Counted from the stretch's first letter, positions 1-7,628 are shown. The stretch is 64,000 bases of DNA from an uncultured delta proteobacterium (GCA_963787125.1 CAWBBV010000012.1:32001-96000); one strand, 5' to 3'. Notes: generated by a model not told the origin, from the sequence alone. Program-made: numbers and translations.

Positions 1-64
1 TAGTTATTGTAATAAGAGAAAAAGTCTTCAAAAAGAGCTAACCGGAAGTAAATTAAGAACCTAT

Positions 65-126
65 GCCCAACACGCGGTCGGAACACGACTCCCTACGGTC
101 GCGGTTCAACCGCAGCCCCGTTGAAC
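65..126 (+). other. attC: integron attC site (intact)
   Basis: R'' GCCCAAC (65-71) and R' GTTGAAC (120-126) both fit the consensus. Imperfect inner palindrome GCGGTCGGAAC..CGAC / GTCG..GTTCAACCGC. An RBS and ATG follow directly. Confidence 0.85.
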
Positions 127-142
127 TAAAGAGAGGGAGAAA

Positions 143-1108
143 ATGAGAGATTGCTGGTATGCGGACAAAAGAGATTTGGTGAAATGGGGCGTCCTGACGG
201 TCCTAGCAAAAAAGTATGAGGCTACGGATGTGCTCCAAATCGCATATTGTAACCCCAGTGAATACTCCCAGATTGAGGTTGACGGTGAAAAATACTCTAT
301 TCCTGATGAGGTTCTCTCACATTTTAGAGACATTAAAAAAGTGAAAAACATAACTGGGCCTGCAAAAGTGTCAGTTTTTGATCTCCCCTTTTTTAAATCC
401 GATAGAGCCGAATACCATGAGGCCGTCAGTCGATACATCCAATCTCATAGTAAAAAACGCACCATCGTATTTCTTGACCCCGACACTGGCCTTGAACCGA
501 ATGGAAAGGCTGATTATAAACACGTCCTAAACGAAGAGGTTCGGACTGTATGGGATTTGCTTCCGGAAAATTGGCTCATAGTCATCTATCAGCATCAAAC
601 GAATCGCTCGGGAATTCAGTGGGTTGAGCAAAAACGAGCGCAGTTCGCTACAGCTTTGGGAGTAGCTGAGGACCAAGTAAAGGTAGCGCACGGGCTAAAG
701 GTGGCGAACGACGTGGCCTTTTTCTTCTCGCTAAAGCATAGTATCGACCAATATATAAAACCGCCATATTATATAAAATGTGAGCATGGAGGGGAACGTA
801 TTGGTATTTTAGCGTACCACCACAAAGACGGAGGAGTATGTTTTCTTGACACTGGATGGCACCATGTTGGCGGAAACCCTTTTCATATCCTCAAAGGTCC
901 TTTTGTCGCAAAGGAGACACCAGAAGGTGTGGTTTACGAGGCAGAGAACGGTGATTTTATACGCAAGTTAACCAGAATGGATCGACTGTGGAGTGGTTGG
1001 CAGAATTGGCAAGACTACCTTGACAGCCCTGACGGAATTGAGACTACTGAAGATAAAGCAGTGAAAGGTTGCCAATCCAACGGCGCATTGATAGATAAAC
1101 CGTTATGA
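143..1108 (+). CDS. gene-cassette protein; N-terminal methyltransferase-like region (IVFLDPDTG...YQH) plus unrelated C-terminal region
   Basis: 321-aa ORF with RBS GGGAGA directly after attC; fold guessed from the DP motif only. Confidence 0.7.
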   Translation: MRDCWYADKRDLVKWGVLTVLAKKYEATDVLQIAYCNPSEYSQIEVDGEKYSIPDEVLSHFRDIKKVKNITGPAKVSVFDLPFFKSDRAEYHEAVSRYIQSHSKKRTIVFLDPDTGLEPNGKADYKHVLNEEVRTVWDLLPENWLIVIYQHQTNRSGIQWVEQKRAQFATALGVAEDQVKVAHGLKVANDVAFFFSLKHSIDQYIKPPYYIKCEHGGERIGILAYHHKDGGVCFLDTGWHHVGGNPFHILKGPFVAKETPEGVVYEAENGDFIRKLTRMDRLWSGWQNWQDYLDSPDGIETTEDKAVKGCQSNGALIDKPL

Positions 1109-1175
1109 AAACATGGAATATATCATGTTCAGAGGGGTTTACCCTAAAACTCGAGACAATGGATAAAGTGCGATG

Positions 1176-1210
1176 GTTCAACCAGGCAGAAGCACCGGCC
1201 TGAACGTGTG
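1176..1210 (+). other. attC: truncated attC site (right arm deleted)
   Basis: GTTCAACCAGGCAGAAGCACCGGCCTGAAC is near-identical to 2499-2528 but jumps to GTGTG, lacking the 20 bp equivalent to 2529-2548. Confidence 0.65.
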
Positions 1211-1253
1211 TCAGGCTTTTGATTCAGCAGTCGCAGTATTGAAGGAATGACCT

Positions 1254-2091
1254 ATGTCTACCATCAGCCTAGGCCGTCATACGGGAAAGATCTTAACATG
1301 GTTCTTGCCGTGAACCGATAAAGAGGAATGGTGAAGTTTCATGAACAAAGGGCTTCTGATAGAAGACGGTTGGTGTAAACACCTTCCACTCCTCCACAGG
1401 ATTATAGCCGATCCAGCACAACGTGATGCGTTTCCAGTTCTTGCCGAGAATTGCGAACTTAACGAAGCATGCGCCTACTGGGAAACTCTGTACTACTTTT
1501 TTACAGCTTTACTTGGATGGCAGTGCTTGAATAAAGGGCTTGCCTGGTTATACACGATTGGAAATAACGATATTAATGAACCGCTATTACGGTTTGTAAA
1601 ATCAATATGGAATGGCGACGACCAACTGGATTATTTTGCTGCATGGGCCTGGACACAAGTCTATTACAGTACTCCTGACGACATTTCCCCTGCGGCTATC
1701 TGCACCGAAGCAGCATATGGAAATGAGAACTGGTGGCGTACTTTCAAGCGCAAAGGCCTCCGCTACGCAAACGACCCATTTTACGGAGGGACGAATCCAT
1801 TGCATCTTGGACATAGCGAATCATTCGGACGCTATGACGTTGCAACCGGGAGTCCTGCATTGTATTCTGACCTAAAAAAACACAAGGCTGTTGTGATTGC
1901 AGATCATTTTACAACTTGGCGGAGCGATTTGGAGATATTGGGCGCAACACTACCTCCCATTGGTGAACGTTCTTGGCATGTTGAGGTTTTCGATCGGCAG
2001 GTTGGGTACTTGGGGCTATTTATTTAGGCAAAGCCGGGATACTGGATTGTGGTTTATGGGTAAACACAGCCTGCATATGCGGGGTAATTGA
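1254..2091 (+). pseudogene. disrupted cassette gene, unknown function
   Basis: RBS GAAGGA and ATG at 1254 are in frame with ORF 1341-2027, but two TGA codons intervene. An ATTT duplication at 2018-2025 shifts the frame away from the continuation RQSRDTGLWFMGKH...N* ending at 2091. Confidence 0.6.
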
Positions 2092-2170
2092 GATTCGCAA
2101 TATGACAGTCTGAAGTGCATGCTGATTTTGAGAAACGATAAAACCAGAAATTTAGAATACGGAGAACAGC

Positions 2171-2473
2171 ATGAGCGAAATAGAAAGAGCACTCTCGGAA
2201 CTGGAAAATGATAACGCAAGACTCAGGCAAATATTCGCACAAAAACTGCGCTTGAATCAGACTATCATTCCTAACGCAGAAACTATATTCAAAGAACAAG
2301 AAGAGCTGCTATACAAAGGAAATAGTATATACAAAAACATGCTGAAATATGGATTAAACGACAACCTTCAACTTGATGTTCTCACAAAAGAAGCGGTGAG
2401 ACTCCGACAAGCGATAACATCAATAAACAAAGAATTACGCCGCGTTAAGGAGAGCCAGAGGTTCTGCCCTTGA
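2171..2473 (+). CDS. hypothetical coiled-coil cassette protein
   Basis: 100-aa ORF with RBS GGAGA; ends just before an attC-like site. Confidence 0.65.
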   Translation: MSEIERALSELENDNARLRQIFAQKLRLNQTIIPNAETIFKEQEELLYKGNSIYKNMLKYGLNDNLQLDVLTKEAVRLRQAITSINKELRRVKESQRFCP

Positions 2474-2498
2474 CTCGAGACAAAATAAAGAGCCGAGG

Positions 2499-2555
2499 GT
2501 TCAACCAGGCAGAAGCAGCGGCCTAAACCGCCGCTGTTCTCCCGAGCCGTGTGGG
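2499..2555 (+). other. attC: attC-like site with non-canonical R' (GTGTGGG)
   Basis: R'' GTTCAAC; stem AGAA(G)CAGCGGC / GCCGCTGTTCT with an extrahelical G; GTG in place of GTT at R'. Confidence 0.7.
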
Positions 2556-2639
2556 AGGAGCCGAGGGGACATTCTATAGTCCACCTGTCAACTGAAAATA
2601 TCGCTCTTTTAAAATCAAATAGTTAGTCATCCTTGCGGA

Positions 2640-2860
2640 TTGCGGGCGCAGCTATCCCTTGCTTTGGTGAAATGGCGAGTCTCTCACTTACGGCAAACCT
2701 TGAGCTTAATCGTTACTTGTATCCGACATCCCCCGCCCGCATCGGGAACTGGGTTGTCTATCATTCCTTATCAAAGCTCCAAGATTTTAGTGAGATGCCC
2801 GGTATTGTCCCTCCCGAGGTCATTGCTGCCTCTACGTTGTTAAACGGGCTTATCTCGCCT
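2640..2860 (-). ncRNA. putative IS110 bridge RNA
   Basis: The non-coding end downstream of the transposase folds into an internal loop with guides AACAACGU and GGGAC that match the insertion site; boundaries approximate. Confidence 0.7.
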
Positions 2861-2880
2861 ACTGCCTGCCTCTAGGGTGG

Positions 2881-4170
2881 TTATCCCGTGAAGCAGGAAG
2901 GATTAAATGGTTCTCTCTTCTTCATAAGTGTCCAGGCCACAACCAAAAGCTTTGCCGCCAGCTTGACTTTCATCTTCAGGTTGATGCCGCGCTCAAGCTC
3001 GCGACCTCTGATTAATTTGCTAAAGTAAGTCCTGATAACCGGATTCGCTGTGGAGGCAACCATTGCCGCTTGCACCAGGGCGTAACGCAGTGCCGCTTTC
3101 CCTTGCTTGGAGATCACCGGCTTGGCACTGTTGCTGTTCTTGCCGCTCCGCTCGGCACTTAAGTCCAGTCCGGCCAGACGCACTACCTGTCCCTGATTCT
3201 GAAACCGGACAGGATTGCCGATGGCGGCAAGAACCATGGCCGAAATAATCGGACCGAATCCGGGAATAGACAGAAGGCACTCATATTCAGAAAACTGCTT
3301 TGCTGCTTTTGCCATCAACTGCTCATTACCCTTGACCGTTTCACGAATCGACTTCAGCTGGCAGACGAGACTCTTGGCCTCCCATCTGGCGGCGTCATGA
3401 ACAAGGCAACCAACGGACTCTCCGGCAGTCTCCCAAAGCTCGCGCAGACGTCTTTCCTGTTCTATCCTGATCTTGCGTTTTGTAATGAGCTTCAGGAAGG
3501 CGTCGAACTCCATCCCGGCAATTTCCCTCGGGTCCAGACAATGTTCGGCAATTGAAAGAATCAGGTCGTCCGGTTGCCCTGCTTTGATGTAGAGCTGGTC
3601 CAATTCGGGAAAGAACTGGGCAAGAACATTATTTCTCAGCCGCATTTTCAGTGCGTGCTCTTCCTTCTTCAGCCTGATCCTGAAACCAATCAGGCTGCGT
3701 AATTCACGCAGGTTCTCTTGCGGTAGCTCATAGAAGAGGCAGCGGCTCTGGCCCACCAGATCGGCAACATTGGCGGCATCCTTCTTGTCGTTCTTGTCCC
3801 AACGGCCATCCAGTAGCGCTCGATTCTTTGCCACGGCCACATTGGATACATAGACAACCTGCTCCTTCTGTCGCAGCAGATATTCGGCTAAGGGCTTGTG
3901 GTAGGAGGCTGTAGGCTCAAGTCCATACACAACCTCGACCAGGCCATGTTGATTCTTGAGATCTCCGGCTAAACTGCGCAGATTCTCGAATCCTTGTAAG
4001 CTGTTGTCAAAGATCATGTTCTTGCGTAGCGTTCTGCCATTGGGTGTTCCAAAGAAAGCATGGTGCTTGTTCTTGGCAACATCGATGCCGACTAGCAGAT
4101 GTTTTTCCGAGCCCCTGACTGATGCCTTCATCTGTCTGAACAACGCCAGACTATCCGTTACAGCTTCCAT
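2881..4170 (-). CDS. IS110-family DEDD transposase/recombinase
   Basis: GIDVAK, GLEPT and KNDKKDA acidic motifs; LSIPGFGP and ERSGK C-terminal motifs. Confidence 0.95.
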   Translation of the reverse strand: MEAVTDSLALFRQMKASVRGSEKHLLVGIDVAKNKHHAFFGTPNGRTLRKNMIFDNSLQGFENLRSLAGDLKNQHGLVEVVYGLEPTASYHKPLAEYLLRQKEQVVYVSNVAVAKNRALLDGRWDKNDKKDAANVADLVGQSRCLFYELPQENLRELRSLIGFRIRLKKEEHALKMRLRNNVLAQFFPELDQLYIKAGQPDDLILSIAEHCLDPREIAGMEFDAFLKLITKRKIRIEQERRLRELWETAGESVGCLVHDAARWEAKSLVCQLKSIRETVKGNEQLMAKAAKQFSEYECLLSIPGFGPIISAMVLAAIGNPVRFQNQGQVVRLAGLDLSAERSGKNSNSAKPVISKQGKAALRYALVQAAMVASTANPVIRTYFSKLIRGRELERGINLKMKVKLAAKLLVVAWTLMKKREPFNPSCFTG

Positions 4171-4299
4171 TCTGTCCTCCTGGTATGTTGAATAAATGGC
4201 TATTCAATAACAGGCTGACAATAGAACTACAAGACTGGTAACTTATTATTTTATCTATAATTTCCGGGGAAAAATCTGTAGCTCTCAGTCATATATAAC

Positions 4300-4353
4300 G
4301 TTGTTGATCAGTTGATTAACTCGGTACTTAGTTGACTAATCAACAACGTCCCC
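4300..4353. repeat. GGGGAC/GTCCCC-bounded palindromic (REP-like) element; left tip displaced to 2565-2570 by IS110
   Basis: GTTGTTGATCAGTTGATTAA..TTAGTTGACTAATCAACAAC inverted arms followed by GTCCCC. Confidence 0.8.
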
Positions 4354-4508
4354 TTAAGGTTCCCTCGTCCCCTTAAGGTTCCCTCGTCCCCTTAAGGTTC
4401 CCTCGTCCCCTTAAGGTTCCCTCGTCCCCTTAAGGTTCCCTCGTCCCCTTAAGGTTCCCTCGTCCCCTTAAGGTTCCCTCGTCCCCTTAAGGTTCCCTTA
4501 AGGTTCCT
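4347..4508 (+). repeat. tandem repeat, 8 perfect copies of CGTCCCCTTAAGGTTCCCT (19 bp) plus a partial copy
   Basis: Counted directly: 4347-4498 plus TAAGGTTCCT; no spacers. Confidence 0.97.
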
Positions 4509-4691
4509 CAAAGGGAAGCCAATAAGGCTGGAGTGGCATTACTCTTTGGATTCATAGGAATCGTTGTAATTGGTCTTGCCTTTGAGATTCAGAATAAACT
4601 GGCGCTATTTGTAATTGCATGGATTTTGGTGTTCATTGGATATTTCGGTATTGCCAATCGGCTCTTCAAAAATGACAGGAAACGGCCATGA
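4503..4691 (+). pseudogene. remnant of a small two-TM membrane protein, probably 5'-truncated
   Basis: Frame reads AGVALLFGFIGIVVIGLAFEIQNKLALFVIAWILVFIGYFGIANRLFKNDRKRP*, with no ATG before the tandem array. Confidence 0.45.
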
Positions 4692-4704
4692 ATTTTGATA
4701 AATT

Positions 4705-4959
4705 TCAATAATGATCACGACACTATGCAATCAAGAGAGTATCACCTTCAACTGCATATACCAAGCGGTGGCAGCTATCGATCCTTCGAGACCAGAAACC
4801 GGCAAGCTGGTGCTTGAGCGGTTCGGGTTTACCTATACCGGCAAACGGTTCACGCTGAATATCCCGAATAAGAATATTTATGCGTTTGAGCATTGCCTTG
4901 TCAGTCGTCTGCCAGTAGAGGTAGTCTTCCCATGCTGCAGTTGAGAACTTGATCATCAT
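4705..4959 (-). pseudogene. yoeB: Txe/YoeB toxin with premature amber stop
   Basis: GKPEPLKH...WSRRID..HRLVY motif; TAG at 4723-4725 followed by in-frame CRDHY*. Confidence 0.88.
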
Positions 4960-5207
4960 ACCATCAGCTCTCTAACTTGGCCGCCTCCCGCACGTAGCTC
5001 CTCGACCGAATCGAGCAGCCGCTTGGCCCCTTGCGGATTCCGAAGCAAGTATGCGGTTTCTTCAAAGGCTTGGTAATCGTCAAGAGAAAGGATGACAACC
5101 GGCTTGCCACGCTGGCTGGTTACTACCACAGGATTATGGTCATCATTGACTGATCGCATAACATCTGCCAAGTGCTGTCGTGTGTAAGTATAAGTTAGTG
5201 CATTCAT
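4956..5207 (-). CDS. yefM: YefM/Phd antitoxin
   Basis: ETAYLLRNP motif, overlaps the yoeB start; upstream GTAC-core sites at 5237 and 5249 are 12 bp apart like yefM operators. Confidence 0.92.
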   Translation of the reverse strand: MNALTYTYTRQHLADVMRSVNDDHNPVVVTSQRGKPVVILSLDDYQAFEETAYLLRNPQGAKRLLDSVEELRAGGGQVRELMV

Positions 5208-5322
5208 AGTTATCATCTCCTACGCGAATTAAGTATGTACATAACTTAGTACAATGAAGTTCAAAAATCAAGAGTTGAAAATGGAATGGTTCTTCCTGAG
5301 TGCGAGTAAGAGATAATTCGAT

Positions 5323-5380
5323 TTCCAACCAAGAAAATGCACCCGACCAAAAGACCGTCAGGTGATTTTCCCAGCCGTTA
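5323..5380 (+). other. attC: attC site interrupted in R' by a group II intron
   Basis: R'' TTCCAAC; stem GAAAAT(G)CACC / GGTGATTTTC; GTTA at 5377-5380 continues as GCT or AGC after the intron. Confidence 0.85.
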
Positions 5381-7425
5381 TCGCGCCAAGCAAAGCTTGG
5401 CGTATCTTGCAGGGTGAAAGTCCCTGTCGGGAAAGGGTTAGCCACCCACCCGTATCGAGTCTTGCGCCTGTGGCGGAGTCGTGAAGGTAGCGGCGAACAA
5501 GACAGGTGAAGCGTAGACAGAGAATCCTGTAGGCCGTAGGGGGGACCGCGCCCCCTGAAGTGCTGGCACAGCTTCGAAATAGGGTTATTGCGGATGCCGA
5601 GGGTCTTAACGGTCACCGAAGGCAACACAAGATCATCCGAAATGGCAAGGATGAGAAGATCCGCCGGAGTCCACAGGCCGTGGCATGCAGGAAGAGATAC
5701 GTCAGGAACTTGGGAAGCCCCATAGACTCCTGCCGGAAGGAAGGTTGCAGCAAGGTATACGGATATTGAGGCACGTACCGGGGAAACCCTGAAACACGCT
5801 AGGCCGGAACCTGAAGAGCAACACGGAAACCCGGAACAGGGAGGCGAGGTATAACCGTGAAAGGGGAAGCCCGCCGGATGCCTATGGGGTGTCTTATCAG
5901 GCATAGTACTCTGAGCGTGGGAAAGCCACGTACACGCCTGCTGATGCAGGCATGGGGAAGGACCTGACGGAAGTACGCAGCCCGCAAAGGAAACTTATGC
6001 CGGACACTGTCGGACTGGAACAACATAAGCAAACCTCACTGCGGGGAATAGCAGAGAAGGCGAAAGCAGACAAGCAACACCGCTTTCAGAATCTTTACCG
6101 GGAACTGAACGCCGGATTCCTGCTCACCTGCTGGCCCGATCTGAACAAGAACGCAGCCAGCGGAGTAGACAAGGTAACGGCGGAAGAATATGCGAAAGAC
6201 TTGCATAACAGCATTCAGAAACTGGCTGAGCGACTGAAAGAAAAGAAGTACCGGACGAAACTGGTAAGGCGGTGCTGGATTCCCAAGGAAAACGGGAAAG
6301 AAAGGCCGCTGGGGATACCGGCGCTGGAAGACAAACTCGTGCAGCTGGCGTGTGCAAAGCTGCTGACTGCCATCTATGAGCAGGACTTTCTGGATAGCAG
6401 TTATGGCTATCGGCCCGAACGATGTGCGAAGCATGCGGTCCAAGACCTCACCTTTGACCTTCAGTACGGGAGCTATGGCTACATCGTCGAAGCCGATGTT
6501 AAAGGCTTCTTTGACCACATGGACCATGACTGGCTGCTTAAGATGCTGAGTTTGCGGATAGACGACCGGGCATTCCTCAACTTGATTCGAAAATGGCTGA
6601 AAGCCGGCATACTGGAAACAGATGGCACTATTACCAATCCGAACACCGGCACCCCTCAAGGGGGGATTATCTCACCGGTCCTGGCCAACGTGTATCTGCA
6701 CTTTGCTCTGGATCTATGGTTTGAAAAGGTTGTCAAACCCAAGTGCAAAGGCGATGCGCGTATTTGCCGCTATGCCGATGACTGGGTGTGCGCCTTTCAA
6801 CTGCGAGACGAAGCAGAGCGGTTTTACCGGGAACTGCCGAAGAGGCTAAAGAAGTTTCACCTCGAAACAGCCCCCGAGAAAACCAAAATACTGCGGTTCA
6901 GTCGTTTTCATCCGGGCATGGAGCGACGATTCACTTTTCTTGGCTTTGAATTCTTTTGGATGAGAGACCGGGAAGGAGAACCACGCGTCAAGCGCCGCAC
7001 CTCTCGCAAGAAGCTGCAAGGGGCGTGTAAACGGATAAAAGCATGGATCAAGTCGAACCGGCATCTGCCGGGCGGTGAATTCTTCAAAGGATTGAATGCA
7101 CGGTTGGTGGGCCACTACAATTACTATGGAGTGAGAGGAAACTTCTGGTCGCTGAAAGACTTCTTCAAGACAGTAAGAGAGTCAGCATACAAATGGCTCA
7201 ATCGGAGAGGTGGGAAGCGCAAGAGTTTCACCTGGGAGAAGTTTGACCAGATTCTCGAACGGGTAAAGATAGCTTGGCCACGCATAACCGAAGTCAGCCG
7301 ACGAAGATACGCTTGAAAGCACGCGCTTCACGCGGAAGCGAGTACAACCGAGGAACCGGATGCGGGAAAACCGCACGTCCGGGACTGTGCGGGGGGTGCC
7401 GGGTAACCGGCATTCCTACCGCGGA
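5381..7425 (+). mobile_element. group II intron (retroelement) inserted in attC
   Basis: EBS1 TAACGG (5607-5612) pairs with IBS1 CCGTTA (5375-5380). DIII stem starts at 5897, DV at 7353-7385, DVI has bulged A7418. 3' end uncertain by 1 nt. Confidence 0.92.
5997..7316 (+). CDS. ltrA: group II intron reverse transcriptase/maturase, no endonuclease domain
   Basis: RPLGIP, GTPQGG, RYADD and domain X (GHYNYY); start placed at the ATG after RBS AAGGA. Confidence 0.95.
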   Translation: MPDTVGLEQHKQTSLRGIAEKAKADKQHRFQNLYRELNAGFLLTCWPDLNKNAASGVDKVTAEEYAKDLHNSIQKLAERLKEKKYRTKLVRRCWIPKENGKERPLGIPALEDKLVQLACAKLLTAIYEQDFLDSSYGYRPERCAKHAVQDLTFDLQYGSYGYIVEADVKGFFDHMDHDWLLKMLSLRIDDRAFLNLIRKWLKAGILETDGTITNPNTGTPQGGIISPVLANVYLHFALDLWFEKVVKPKCKGDARICRYADDWVCAFQLRDEAERFYRELPKRLKKFHLETAPEKTKILRFSRFHPGMERRFTFLGFEFFWMRDREGEPRVKRRTSRKKLQGACKRIKAWIKSNRHLPGGEFFKGLNARLVGHYNYYGVRGNFWSLKDFFKTVRESAYKWLNRRGGKRKSFTWEKFDQILERVKIAWPRITEVSRRRYA

Positions 7426-7437
7426 GCTGACCAATTA

Positions 7438-7570
7438 TAAGGGAACTTTTGGGGACATTCTTTGCTGGTTTGCCAGTGATTTTTTTAATATAATCAATGC
7501 TTGGTCTTACTATCGTATTACGGCTACTTGGTTGGCGTAAATCAACCAACAAATGTCCCGTATGTCTCTC
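7438..7570. repeat. second GGGGAC...GTCCC palindromic element
   Basis: Arms GGGGACATT...AATGTCCC; left flank AGGGAACTTTTGGGGAC resembles the reverse complement of the 19-bp tandem unit (AGGGAACCTTAAGGGGACG). Confidence 0.7.
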
Positions 7571-7628
7571 GCCGTATTTTTATCTGACAGCCATTAAACT
7601 CATTTTGTGAATCATCCTGGAGAGTTAT

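Larger units (their letters stand above)
2571..4299 (-). mobile_element. IS110-family insertion sequence with duplicated AC core (2569-2570 and 4298-4299)
   Basis: Removing it restores the palindrome GGGGAC-GTTGTTGAT...ATCAACAAC-GTCCCC. The circle junction forms TTGACA-17bp-TATATA. Confidence 0.88.

Noticed and set aside
1176..1323. One long attC ending at GATAAAG
   Set aside because: Pairing is weak; alignment with 2499-2555 explains it better as a short site with a 20-bp deletion.
1254..1340. Selenocysteine decoding of the two TGA codons
   Set aside because: The context suggests Trp, no SECIS-like hairpin was recognised, and the gene also has a frameshift.
4347..4508. CRISPR array
   Set aside because: The 19-bp units are directly adjacent with no spacers, and there are no cas genes in the window.
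4723..4725. Pyrrolysine readthrough of the yoeB amber codon
   Set aside because: No pyl genes are seen, and a CAG>TAG nonsense change among other decayed cassettes is simpler.
5143..5904. 253-aa minus-strand ORF and other long antisense ORFs (e.g. 9303-10151, 12566-13480, 41496-42260)
   Set aside because: These are shadow frames of structured intron RNA or of well-supported genes, with no recognisable motifs.
5997..7316. Retron, DGR or defence-associated RT
   Set aside because: A maturase X domain and flanking intron domains identify a group II intron; no TR/VR pair or msr-msd was seen.
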